Part shown: one piece after another, positions 1 to 12,165 of the stretch
Layout: each line of letters opens with the position of its first letter
How positions within the stretch are numbered: position 1 is the first letter of the stretch
Source: Octopus bimaculoides
Taxonomy: Eukaryota
NCBI RefSeq assembly: GCF_001194135.2
Contig: NC_068981.1
Location: 175,503,253-175,563,508, forward strand
Reading direction: 5' to 3'
DNA length: 60,256 bases
Notes under the pieces: model-generated
The model's input: only the letters and a program-made list of their open reading frames with translations
What the model was told of the DNA's origin: nothing
The model's database searches: none
Program-made: the position numbers and the translations under genes

Positions 1-40
1 TTTTTTCCTTCCTTTCCCCCTCCCAAAAAGAAAAGCTCTA

Positions 41-91
41 CATTGTATTTGTCCCATCTTCGTTGAGCCCTGTGTGGCTAATAAAAGAAAT
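41..91 (+). mobile_element. 3' tail fragment of SINE family A (tail type 2)
   Basis: TTGTATTTGTCCCATCTTCGTTGAGCCCTGTGTGGCTAATAAAAGAAAT resembles the tail of the TSD-bounded SINE at about 5280-5327 (TTGTTTGTCCCCTCTATGTTTATCCCCTTGTGGGCAATAAAGAAAT). Confidence 0.5.
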
Positions 92-100
92 GTATCTATG

Positions 101-101
101 A

Positions 102-153
<52 letters not shown>

Positions 154-190
154 GTCTATCTGTCTATCTGTCTGTCTGTCTGTCTGTCTC
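101..190. repeat. (TCTA)n/(TCTG)n compound microsatellite
   Basis: Directly visible. Confidence 0.95.
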
Positions 191-584
191 TCCCTCCCTA
201 TTTCACCGTTTTCTATCTGTCTCTCTCTTTCTGTTTCTCTTTTTCTCTCTTACTGCTCATACGTGACCATCGTCCATCTTTCTTTTCTTCACGTGGCCAT
301 CTTTCTTTTCCTGCACGTCCAGTTCAAAAGACTGGACGTTTTCTTTTTCCCTCTTTTCTATCTTTTCTCTTTTCCAAGAAAATATTTCTCCCAGCGTTCA
401 TTATTTTCCCCTCGTTCTGGTCTAACGGCGGTCCATGTTTCTTTTTTCGTTCGGTTTCCTTGTATGCTTCCACTGTCCTGTTTTTGTTCCCAACCTCAAT
501 CTTCTATAAATCCTAAATTTTATTTTAGAATTTATGGGAGCAACTGTCTGGAAACTGCCAAAATTGATATGATCGATATACCTT

Positions 585-860
585 TTTAGCATGTTTATAT
601 CGAATTTTGTAGTGAAGACATAGATGGCAATAGAATTCCAGAGCTCGGGCCTAGAATATAAGTATCGGGAGAGCTCTTTCGTAAGAAACTGTGGCTGTCG
701 GAATAGTGGTCGAAGCAGAGACGGATATGTTATTTAGAAGAGGGTGAAAGTACAGTTGGCGTGGAATCGAGACGCGAATGTCTGTACCAAAGGTTACAGT
801 CTGACCGAAAGTCTTTCATAGATTTTGTTATGGATGTAATCGCGAATATTTGTATATCTA
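585..860 (-). mobile_element. Decayed CR1/L2-group LINE 3' end
   Basis: Minus strand translates ...LYSRPELWNSIAIYVFTTKFDINM..., resembling the 'FFPRT.RLWNSLP..VFP..YDL..FK' C-terminus of CR1/L2-group ORF2; stops and frameshifts present. Confidence 0.35.
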
Positions 861-1139
861 GAAGCAGCAGCATCAGAAATATGTACGTCGCATTTATATT
901 GTTTGTACATACTCAATCTCTCTTCCTCCCCGTCTCTCTCACACACATACACACACGCGCACAAACTCATGTTTATATAATTTCTGTCGCTCTCCAGTGG
1001 CTACGATTCGTCGGATATGCGCGCACGCTAGTTTTTCTCCTTTACTTTCTCTAGATTTATAACAGTTAGAGTCTATTTTTTTTTATCACACGGTAGAATA
1101 AATAGATCGAGAGAAGTAAACATCGCAATATTCAATGAA

Positions 1140-1162
1140 ATGTTGATGACGACATTGATGAC

Positions 1163-1197
<35 letters not shown>

Positions 1198-1271
1198 GGG
1201 GGAGGAGGAGGAGGAGGATGAGGATGAGGATGATGATGCGGATGAGGATGAGGATGAGGATGAGGATGAGG

Positions 1272-1302
<31 letters not shown>

Positions 1303-1750
1303 GGATGATGATGATGATGAGGAGGAGGAGGAGGAGGAGGATGAGGATGAGGATGATGAGGATGAGGATGAGGATGAGGATGATGATGCGGATGAGGATG
1401 AGGATGCGGATGAGGATGATGATGATGATGATGAGGGGGAGGAGGAGGAGGAGGATGAGGATGAGGATGATGAGGATGTGGATGAGGATGAGGATGATGA
1501 TGCGGATGAGGATGAGGATGAGGATGAGGATGATGATGATGATGATGAGGGGGAGGAGGAGGAGGAGGATGAGGATGATGANNNNNNNNNNTGATGATGA
1601 GGAGGAGGAGGAGGTGGATGATGATGATGATGACGACATTGATGACGATGATGATGATGATGAAGATGATGATGATGATGATGAGGAGGAGGAGGAGGGG
1701 GGATGAGGATGAGGATGATGATGAGGATGAGGATGAGGATGAGGATGAGG

Positions 1751-1781
<31 letters not shown>

Positions 1782-1990
1782 GGATGATGATGAGGAGGAG
1801 GAAGAGGAGGAGGTGGATGATGGTGATGATGATGATGATGATGATGTGGTTATGATGATGATGATGATGATGATGACGACGACGACGACAATCACGATGA
1901 CGGTGATGATGACAACGATGACGACGACGACGACGACGACGACGTTGATGATGACAGTGATGATGATGTCGTTGATGACGATGGCGACTA
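1140..1990. repeat. Compound (GAT)n/(GAG)n/(GAC)n trinucleotide array with higher-order units, spans a 10-N gap
   Basis: Directly visible; source of the poly-D/E, poly-M, poly-S and poly-H ORFs. Confidence 0.95.
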
Positions 1991-2387
1991 GAGCGAGGTG
2001 ACGATGCTACGAACAATGACATTGATGACGCAAAGAAGAATAAGGGCAGGGTGGATGAGAGCGATAGAAGGATGAAGTAATGAAATAAGGAAGGTTCACA
2101 CGATATAGGAAGTTAATGAGGGGGAGGGGGTCGTGATAACGACAAAACTTGCATAACGTGGCTGCCATACCGGTGAACTGTTCAGCCATCGCCCAGTGTT
2201 AAACATCTAGCAACCCACTTCGGATCAGTGTTAGGGATAGGTTATGATACACGAAGAGATTCTTGGGATTTTTTTTTTTCCTAGTAAGATCGATAAATTG
2301 ACAAAAGGCAGCCTTTGGATACAAGACTCAGGTACATAACATATATAGACAGACACACAACATATACGTATAGCACATGTGTAAGTA

Positions 2388-2678
2388 GTGGAGGCGCAAT
2401 GGCTCAGTGGTTAGGGCAGCGGACTCGCGGTCGGAGGATCGCGGTTTCGATTCCCAGACCGGGCGTTGTGAGTGATTATTGAGCGAAAACACCTAAAGCT
2501 CAGACGAGGCTCCGGCAGAGGGGTGTAATACTTTCACCCTAACTTTTTCTCACTCTTTCTTCCTGTTTCTTGAGTAACGCTGCGTTGGACTGGCGTCCCG
2601 TCTAGCTGGGGGGGGGGCACATATGCCATAGAAACCGGGAAACCGGGCGCATGAGCGTGGTTAGGCGTTGAAAGGGCG
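2388..2678 (+). mobile_element. tRNA-derived SINE family C (Meta-SINE-like domain), full length
   Basis: A box TGGCTCAGTGG and B box GGTTTCGATTCC; body GACTGGCGTCCCGTCTAGCTGG...ATGCCATAGAAACCGGG; matches the reverse complement of 49016-49316. Candidate 11-bp TSD with one mismatch (2375-2385 and 2679-2689). Domain name is from recalled consensus. Confidence 0.9.
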
Positions 2679-2889
2679 ACATATGTAAGACTGTTATATA
2701 TATATGTGTGTGTGTATGTGTGTGTGTTCGTGCGTGTTGTCTATGTGTGTGTGTAGACTGAAAGATGGACATACATGTATATGCATATGTATGTACAAAA
2801 TATATACGCACGTATACGTGTACTTGTACATGTATCTCTCTTTCACACACACACTCTCTCTGGCTCTCTTTCTCTCCCTGTATATATTC

Positions 2890-2997
2890 CTTTATTTGTT
2901 TCAATCATTTCACTGCGGCCACGCTGGAGCACTGCCTTTAGTTGAGCAAATCGACCACAGAACTTATTCTTTGTAAGCCCAGCACTTATTCTATCGG
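2890..2997 (-). mobile_element. SINE family B 3' end, truncated by gap
   Basis: Aligns to 48060-48165 and 56685-56785. Confidence 0.9.
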
Positions 2998-3393
2998 NNN
3001 NNNNNNNNNNNNNNNNNNNNNNNNNNNNNNNNNNNNNNNNNNNNNNNNNNNNNNNNNNNNNNNNNNNNNNNNNNNNNNNNNNNNNNNNNNNNNNNNNNNN
3101 NNNNNNNNNNNNNNNNNNNNNNNNNNNNNNNNNNNNNNNNNNNNNNNNNNNNNNNNNNNNNNNNNNNNNNNNNNNNNNNNNNNNNNNNNNNNNNNNNNNN
3201 NNNNNNNNNNNNNNNNNNNNNNNNNNNNNNNNNNNNNNNNNNNNNNNNNNNNNNNNNNNNNNNNNNNNNNNNNNNNNNNNNNNNNNNNNNNNNNNNNNNN
3301 NNNNNNNNNNNNNNNNNNNNNNNNNNNNNNNNNNNNNNNNNNNNNNNNNNNNNNNNNNNNNCACATATATATAACAGAAACGGTAAATAGCAG

Positions 3394-3605
3394 TGGGGGT
3401 GTGGCGTGGCTTAGTGATAAGCTGTTGTTCTTCCGATTCCTCGTCCAGGTGACGCGTTGTGTTCTTGAGCAAAACACTTCATTTCACGTTGCTCCAATCC
3501 CCTCAGCTGTCAAAAATGAATGATCCTGCGAGAAACCGCGTCCCGTCTATTTGCCACAGAATCCAGGAAACCGGCTTTATGATTTCTAGGATTGGGAAGG
3601 ACTTT
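3394..3605 (+). mobile_element. Decayed SINE with CORE-like and Meta-like segments
   Basis: GCGTTGTGTTCTTGAGCAAAACACTTCATTTCACGTTGCTCC (CORE-like) followed by GCGTCCCGTCTA...CCAGGAAACCGG as in family C. Confidence 0.6.
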
Positions 3606-3894
3606 TTGGGTGGTAGGGGAACGGTAACTTAAAATTAAGCAGTAATTGATTGCAATGTTTTTCTCAGCCTGGCCCAATCAAACAAAGCCTCTTATTCAAA
3701 GCAATATATATTTAACTTTAAAGAGTCATTCAAGTTTAATGTAATTTATATCCTTCTCATCGTCAAGTCCCGTCTTGTTATCAAACGTTGAAAGTAGCTT
3801 CTAGTTTATAACTAGCTTTTCAAGCACACATGCGTGTATGTCCTCCTGTATGAATGTGTGTGTATGCACGCGTGCGCTCGCGTGTGTGGTATAA

Positions 3895-4000
3895 AGAAAA
3901 ACGACTTCACAAATACGTCCTTAGGAGATTAAGAAAAGGAACCCAACTGACACTTGTGATAGACAGGAGTGGAAACGACTAATATGAGTAGAGGAGAGAC
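3895..4000 (+). mobile_element. Possible RTE LINE 3'-end fragment
   Basis: GATAGACAGGAGTGGAAACGACTA = DRQEWKRL, like the RTE ORF terminal 'A.DR..WR.L' motif; very short. Confidence 0.3.
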
Positions 4001-4191
4001 TGATGTTGCTTCAGTAGTTAACACTGGAAGAAAAATACAGAAGGAAAATATAGTCGTAGTAAGTATTATATGAACATACCACTGGATTAAAAACATCAGA
4101 CAGATGGATTTTAAAATACTCTACGGAATTTCTTCTAGGAAGAAATCATGTACAGATTTGAGATCATTGCATGATATTATCTGATACTGTT

Positions 4192-4407
4192 AAGGCGGTG
4201 AGCTGGCAGAAACGTTAGCACGCCGGGCAAAATGCTTAGCGGTATTTCGTCTGTCTTTATGTTCTGAGTTCAAATTCCGCCAAGGTCGACTTTGCCTTTC
4301 TTCATTTCGGGGTCGATAAATTAAGTACCAGTTACGTACTGGAGTCGATCTAATCGACTGGCCCTCTTCCCCAAAATTTCCGGCCTTGTGCCTGGAGTAG
4401 AAAAGAT
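4192..4407 (+). mobile_element. tRNA-derived SINE family A (Deu/Nin-like central domain), tail type 1
   Basis: Head AAGGCGGTGAGCTGGCAGAAACGTTAGCACGCCGGG, B-box-like GAGTTCAAATTCC, core TTGCCTTTC..C.TTTCGGGGTCGATAAATTAAGTACCAG; many copies in window. Confidence 0.92.
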
Positions 4408-5094
4408 TTCATGTATTTCAAGTTGAGCTCTGATGGAACAGATATATGTGATAAGGAAATATTTGGCCGAATAACTTGGTGAAACATGCGTATATATTGT
4501 TCAAAATATTCCATATCAATCATTTCAGATATGCTGTATTTATTATTCCAGATATAATCTGCTTAGCTGAAGACCTTGCTGCACACACTGGCAGCCAATT
4601 GTGAATATCATAAGGGCAGTAGTATTGGTGTATTATCCAGTGTACTTCCGCATTTCCGTAGATTCTGGTAAGATGGATTTAGTCAACATGTTTACAGTTG
4701 TTGTTTCTTGGCAATTGTCAAGCCAAACCTAGACAATGTTCGCATGCAATGTTCGCATGCACGTGTTCGCATGCATCCCACACAAATGTATTTACGTGTA
4801 TAATGGGAGTCCTTGGGAACAACTTTACGTTTCATCCCTTAGCCGTTGATGCAAACGTGTCGACATCTCCATGTAAACTATGGTATGAATGTGGTTCGAA
4901 TCCTGAGTAAAAAGTCCATCCATGCATTATTTATTCATTAATGTACTCGTAAAAACATGAAATCAGAAATTTCCATAATTGTTAATATGAGAGAATTTGG
5001 ACCCAGTGATCAATATTCTATAATAAAGAAGCAACACACCATGATAGTTATATACCAAGTATAACTGAAGTTGTTGGCAGAAATGCGCCATAAA

Positions 5095-5327
5095 AAGGAG
5101 GCGAGCTGGCAGAAACGTTAGCACGCTGGGCGAAATGCTTAGCGGTATTTCGTCTGCTGTTACGTTCTGAGTTCAAATTCCGCCGAGGTTGCCTTTGCCT
5201 TTCATCCTTTCGGGGTCGATAAATTAAGTACCAGTTAGGCACTGGGGTCGATGTAATCGACTTAATCCCTTTGTCTGTCCTTGTTTGTCCCCTCTATGTT
5301 TATCCCCTTGTGGGCAATAAAGAAATA
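5095..5327 (+). mobile_element. SINE family A, tail type 2, with perfect 16-bp TSD
   Basis: AGAAATGCGCCATAAA at 5079-5094 and 5328-5343 flanks the element. Confidence 0.97.
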
Positions 5328-6214
5328 AGAAATGCGCCATAAATAAATCTAAGAAGTTATACTTCAGTGTCAAAACAATAACAACAGTGAAGATGATGAT
5401 GGCCTTCCTCTAAAATCAATGTAATTTGATAGTCAATGTACTTATTATTGGTAGATAAGATAATAGCTGAGTCGACTTTGACAAGTTTCAAACATAAACA
5501 CTATGAATTACCTTATGCAAAGCACAAGACATACAGTCTCTTTTACTCTCTAAGCAACAGATTTAGTTTTGGTTACGTGATGTTTTAAATATATATATAT
5601 ATGTCTGTATGTGTAAATATGTATGTGTGTGTGTGCGCGTGTATGTATATATAGAAGCTTACTTGGTGTTACAATTTTCTGGTTTGCTTTACGTTTTTCT
5701 TTTCTACATTTGTTCGTTCGTTCGTTTTTTTTTTGTTTGTTTTTTTTCTTTTCACTGTTTTTATTTTGCCTTATTATTATTATATTTTCTCGACGTTGAC
5801 TGTCTGGCGGAAAAAAAATTGATGCATGAGATTAGTTCACAGTTGAATTGTGAGAACCGCGGTTGTATTACTGCAGCTCACCCGACTACTGTTTAGATTC
5901 TAGATTAGACAGGAAATACTGAAATATTATTGTCAGGAACTTAGAAATGCTTCAAGAGCAATGACACTGAACTGAAGTATGGAAAAGGTTAGCATTTATC
6001 ATAAAAGATTCCAATAAGTGATAATATTCGTTTGCTGAAAATTCCATTTCCGTTCTTTGCTGTTTCTCTCACTTTTTTCTTTCTCTTCTTTTTGTCTTTA
6101 TTCATAATTCTTACCTTCAAAATACTTGATATTATTGTTATGTGAAACTTTATACTCTTAATACGATCGTTGTTAATATTCATTACAGGAAAATAGTGTT
6201 TATCTTCTATCTTT

Positions 6215-6593
6215 TACCATTTACTTATTTTAGTCATTAGACTGCGAAGAATTTTTAGTCAAACGTATCGACCCTACTACTTATTTTTCTTTTAAAAGCC
6301 TGGTACTTATTCTATCGATCTCTTATACCAAACTCTTTGGTTACGGGGAGGGGGGGCATAAACAGACCAACACCAGTTGTGAAGTGGCGGTAGAGGACAA
6401 ACAGACACAAAGACACACACACACACATATATAACTTCATATATGATACGGGTTTCTTTCAATTTCCGTCGAACAAATCCACTCACAAGGCCCGAGGCTA
6501 TAATAGAAGACTTGCCCAAGGCGCTACGCAGTGGAACTGAACCCAGAACCATGTGTTTGGGAAGGAAGCATCTTACCACACAGTCACACCTGT
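6215..6593 (-). mobile_element. SINE family B (tRNA head, CORE-like domain, internal microsatellite, 3' module), full, diverged
   Basis: Colinear with 56663-57065 throughout. Confidence 0.88.
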
Positions 6594-7566
6594 TATGTAA
6601 AACTTCATAGTCTTAACACGATCGTTACAGTAATTTAGTGTTTAATCCAATTTTTCGAAAGCAACAAACAAAACACATATACAACGTTTAAAATGAGTTT
6701 TCAAATACTGTCTACGATGATGTTGCTATATGTTTGTTGATCCAGTTAGCCATTGAGCCAATTAACAATTTTCTTAAAACCTTCAAATTGATAGTTGCTG
6801 GTAAGAGTATAAATAATTACTGCATAAAAAACTATTTGCAATCTAATTTTTGTTGATGATAACTGAATTTGTAATTAGAGAGAGACAGAATTATATCGGA
6901 ATAAACTACTTTGAAGGTATTTACGCTGCTGATAAACTGTTGGACTTTGACGTCTAATCTTCTACACGCTCATACACACAGGCACGCACGCCTCCCCACC
7001 CCCGCACAGAAAAACATGTGCGTACACAAACGGGAGAAATGTTTTTCCATGCAGCTGTTTGACGCTTGGTGGATGTGTGCGTGTGTGCGTGTGTGTAGGC
7101 ATTTGTGCAGACACGTGCGCGCGTCATTGAATGTAAACGCAAAATGTTTTTCTTCATTACAATCTTTCCTTTTTCTATTGTTTTTTCTTTTCTTTTAGCC
7201 TCTCATATCATGTTACATCTTTCTAACGAAANNNNNNNNNNNNNNNNNNNNNNNNNNNNNNNNNNNNNNNNNNNNNNNNNNNNNNNNNNNNNNNNNNNNN
7301 NNNNNNNNNNNNNNNNNNNNNNNNNNNNNNNNNNNNNNNNNNNNNNNNNNNNNNNNNNNNNNNNNNNNNNNNNNNNNNNNNNNNNNNNNNNNNNNNNNNN
7401 NNNNNNNNNNNNNNNNNNNNNNNNNNNNNNNNNNNNNNNNNNNNNNNNNNNNNNNNNNNNNNNNNNNNNNNNNNNNNNNNNNNNNNNNNNNNNNNNNNNN
7501 NNNNNNNNNNNNNNNNNNNNNNNNNNNNNNNNNNNNNNNNNNNNNNNNNNNNNNNNNNNNNNNNNN

Positions 7567-7603
<37 letters not shown>

Positions 7604-8169
7604 ATATATATGTATCATATGTTTATATACATACATATATATATAAATGCACAGACACAGACACACACGCACACACACACACACACACACACAAACAAAT
7701 ATAGATATATATATTCAACTATACGAGTACATATTCATATATTAGATAATGCATTATCTCAATTCATGTGACTTACCACTTCTAGTCATTTACCTTAGTC
7801 TTCTTTTTGTAATTCTGCAAAATATGCCTTCCGAAATTCTTTGTGAATGATATTTATAGGTGTGAATATCTATAGCCACAAATCAAAGTAGACTTGAATA
7901 GACAACGCTTCACTGGTAAGATCTGGTTACAGCAAAGCATTTTCTTAACAGTCATCTTGCCGGCAGAGACCAGATTCCACCCCCAACTTAGGCGAGAAAA
8001 TGCATTTTGGTGTGGAATGAATTTTAACTTAATGAAATTACGTCCATTTTTGTTTCATAACACTGTTTAATAAGACTTTTATCTTTGAGTAGCAACGGTT
8101 ATTTTTTATTTGCTTACCCCTGGAAAACCTGAAAAATGACTAATATTTCCTTCAAACTTACCTTTTGTT

Positions 8170-8300
8170 ACATTTATTCAATCCCCGACACATGGCTATG
8201 ATGATCCCCCACTACAACTGCTTATGATCAGAGATGCACATATTGTCAGCCATTAAGGGACATGCTCAAGTGGTTAAGGTCAAGCAGCTGGCTTCAGCAA
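8170..8300 (-). repeat. Internal fragment of the unclassified 495-bp element
   Basis: AACTGCTTATGATCAGAGATGCACATATTGTCAGCCATTAAGGGACATGCTCAAGTGGTTAAGGTCAA matches the reverse complement of about 39860-39930. Confidence 0.85.
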
Positions 8301-9080
8301 TTCGGCGTTGAATCTGTCTGAAATATAATGGAAAATAGGTCAGTTTCAAAACAACGATGTCCGGGTCAGAAAAGCGAAGTTTGAAGGGAAGTGTAATAAT
8401 TTCTTTTGATTTCTAGTTAGAAGCAAATAGGAATTAACATTTACGGACAAACAAAAGACAAAAAAGATGAAAAGTAAAGAAAAAAGAAATGTTACACCGT
8501 GTAATTTCTACCAATATTAAATATTTGTTTTCTTTTACCGACTTTAAATTCATTTAGCCATTTTTTACGTACGTTATTCAGTACATCCCCATTCAACTAC
8601 ATTTAATTACCAACTTGTGTATGTGTGTACATGTGACGATATGCATGTGTGTGTACGTTTGTATGGTTGCGTTTATGCAAGTGCCTCGTTTTCAAACTGA
8701 ACTGTTAGTATTCGCTTAAGGAACATTTCCTACGGAGAGAAAATAGGTGTAAAATATTCACTAGATGTACGACTATGCTAACGTGTCATTAGAGAATACG
8801 AACGTCAGAATAAAAACTTGGATAACAAAAACACTAGAAGTAGATGTGTAAGCAGCAGAGTTTACAGCATCAAATCAATGTGTCTCTGTTGCAAATATGG
8901 AATACAATTCATGCCGGAGTTACTCATACAAAAAGCAAAAATGGTTTCAGTTCTTAAAATAAAATAAAAACATAAAATGGTATATTGACCGCTCTCAATA
9001 TCTTTAATAGTATGCATACAAACACTATAAAAATATACATATGGACACACACACATAGATAAGTGTATATGTGTGTGTAC

Positions 9081-9111
<31 letters not shown>

Positions 9112-10090
9112 CTTGCGTACATAAGTATACATGTGCAAATACATACGTATATTTTTATATCTGTATACTTACAAACACATATATGCGCACGCATACATAA
9201 GTATGCAGAAAGCTGCTCATTCTCTCTTTCTCACGAATATATACACCTATATATGCATATATACACACATTCACACGCATATACGTAATTTCATATACAC
9301 TACATGTCTTTACCCCTACCCCACTCTCTCTCTTTCCACACACAAACCACAAACGCATGTATATATATATATATNNNNNNNNNNNNNNNNNNNNNNNNNN
9401 NNNNNNNNNNNNNNNNNNNNNNNNNNNNNNNNNNNNNNNNNNNNNNNNNNNNNNNNNNNNNNNNNNNNNNNNNNNNNNNNNNNNNNNNNNNNNNNNNNNN
9501 NNNNNNNNNNNNNNNNNNNNNNNNNNNNNNNNNNNNNNNNNNNNNNNNNNNNNATATATATGATTATGTGCGCGGATTGTGTATGTGTGTGTGTGTGTTG
9601 TATGTCTGCTCGTGCTTGTACAGACAAAAATTTATACATAAGTACATAACACACATGTATATATATATATATATATATGTTCCATTCAGAATTCAACTTC
9701 CGCTCTTCATAATGCGGATCCATGATTGATTGTGATGAGACTTTCGCTATGAATAAGTCACAATCAAGAGAAGCATATCTTAAACTCCAACCGGCAACTG
9801 AACCATGAATCGAAAAGGGAAGATGCAAGTCAAAAAGAGAAACATATCAAAGGATATACCTTCGGTATTCGTACCTTAAATTAGGGGAATAATATGACTC
9901 ATCTTCTATATACATGTTTCTTTATCAACCATTGTTTACTCTGGGGAAGGGAATTTTAAAGTAAAAGAATTGCTGTGGGAGTGAATAACTATAATTACTA
10001 TTAGTATTTGTTATATTGCTTTATGATTCATCGGTTGAGTAAGGACGGAACTTAAGAAAACATTTTATGAATTACTGCAATATATGAAAG

Positions 10091-10147
<57 letters not shown>

Positions 10148-10215
10148 GTCTGTCTGTCTGTCTATGTAGGTAGGTAGTCGGTAGGTAAGTAGGAAGGTAG
10201 GTAGTTAGGTAGGTG
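10091..10215. repeat. (TCTA)n-(TCTG)n-(TAGG)n compound microsatellite
   Basis: Directly visible. Confidence 0.95.
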
Positions 10216-10559
10216 TATGCTTATATTTATGTATATATAATGTATGTATGTATATGTGTGTATATCTATGTATCTACGTGTATACAAATATAAATATATA
10301 TATAATATATGTGTGTGCGTGTGTGCGTGTGTGTGTATGTATGTGTACATATCTTCATTTATTGTTGTGTGAGTGGGGATGTTAGCTAATGTGCGTGTGT
10401 TTGTTGTGTGTGTGTCTGAAATGAAACGAATGAATGCAAATACTTCTGTAAAGTTACTGTTATGAACTCACGCCATATTAGTTTTCTGAGTCAACTGGAA
10501 TATCAGAGGCAGTCCCAGTCGTTTAATTTTGGGCTGGAGTCCAGTGCTTCTCAATAAAC

Positions 10560-10805
10560 TTATTAATGACGACAGTACGGCAGATAATTTGAAACCAGAA
10601 CCCCAAGAGATGGAACGGATAACGCAAAATATCTTGGTTAACACTTTAAAAATACCGCAAAACCACCGAGTCGGACCGATACTTATTTATTGACTATGAT
10701 GAGATAAAATGCAAAGTGAAACCCGGCAAGGTTTGAACTGAAAGCGCAGAAAGCCGAAAGAAATACTTCAGAATATTCTATCCAACACCCTATTGTATCC
10801 ACAAA
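10560..10805 (-). mobile_element. Highly decayed SINE family A fragments (one or two copies)
   Basis: GATACTTATTTATTGAC...AAATGCAAAGTGAAACCCGGCAAGGTTTGAACT resembles the reverse complement of the family A core and B box. Confidence 0.45.
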
Positions 10806-12165
10806 TTCGATTATATTTATTTATTTACTTCATCTTTCTCGCCCGACGGATTGTGTAACCCGTCATATTTAAATCAATTATGTATACTAACTGCGTAATT
10901 ATATAAATGATGATGTTTTTATTCCTTTGAAATAGCTGTCGAAAATAATTAAATTATTAATCATATGTTTAAGCTACGCTCTTCTGTTGTTTACTATTCC
11001 AAATATTGCGCATTCACCTATTGTTTTATCTGTGTATTAGAGTTTAATGATGCGTTAATAACTGAGCTCTTAAATACCCTGAATATATTTTTATGTTGTT
11101 TATCCAGCAAATCAGTGTATATAAAAATAGTAACTAAAGGGGAATTTGTGAAATTCGAGCAATTACCTCAGTCAGCACCCATGTGAACTCCAGCTAAAAA
11201 CACTCATAGAAAAACAATCCAGCAAATCCAAAGTATTCCACACAAATAGAAAAATCTAGCAAATTTTCATCTATTGCAGTGTATAATATAAAGCAAATAA
11301 AAGAATGAACAGTTTGGTATTGCATCTATTATCTGGTTACGATCGTTTCAATAACAGGTTGGCTAGATAAGCTGCTTAACATTTTGGAACAAATGTAAAC
11401 AATGATTATGCAACTTCATGAGTTATTAAATGCAACCTTTCTCAGTCGTTTTTATGATATTCCAACGGTGTAGTAGGTTCGCACACGGAGAAACAGGGTT
11501 ATAAATATGATCAGTGTGAGAATGCTTAAAATGTTAAAGAGAGTAGCCTCTTTAACAGGCGTAAGAAAAAGTATGAAGTAAAGGGATTAGAAAGACTTAA
11601 AGGTGTGTGTTACGAGATAGTATTGATTGCGATGTCAAAGTCGACTTACTCAAGCGAAACAAATGATCGGCACTGTTGTAGGCTGTCTGAACAGAGAGGT
11701 AGGTATTCAAATATGGGTACGACTCTGACACGAATGAATCAAAAGAACATTAGCTATAAGAAATCTAAGAACAAAAATGAACAACCAAACTGAAACACCT
11801 CGGACCTGATATTGTTAGATGATTCCACAAAATAATAAGTCGCTCTGCGTTGGAAGTGAGATGTCCACTTGAATGAATGTGGTGATAAATGTACAGGAAA
11901 AGGAAGAGGATTATGGAGCCTAAGGAGGTGCCTGAATATCAAGTATACAAAATACATTCTCAGCTTTTACACACTGAATATAGTCAAAATAACAGGATAC
12001 GTAGCAATCCCATTTCGATCAAAGTGTACCTTAGAATGTCTACTTGGTGACTAGACGCATCTCTATAATTCATAAGCTACAAATGATAATATCTGCATCA
12101 ATATAAATCTGAAGGATTCTAAAGAATTTGACGGAGGATTGGTTGTGCAATACGTGCGGAAAACA

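Noticed and set aside
1073-2022. Six long ORFs (poly-D/E, M/R, S, H/P, I/L)
   Set aside because: All frames are open only because GAT/GAG triplets lack stops; they span an N-gap and have no complex sequence.
2388-2462. tRNA-like head as a real tRNA gene
   Set aside because: No 3' acceptor-stem partner; continues into SINE body; repeated at 49 kb with TSD.
4500-4700. Possible exon or LINE fragment
   Set aside because: All frames examined close quickly and no motif was recognised.
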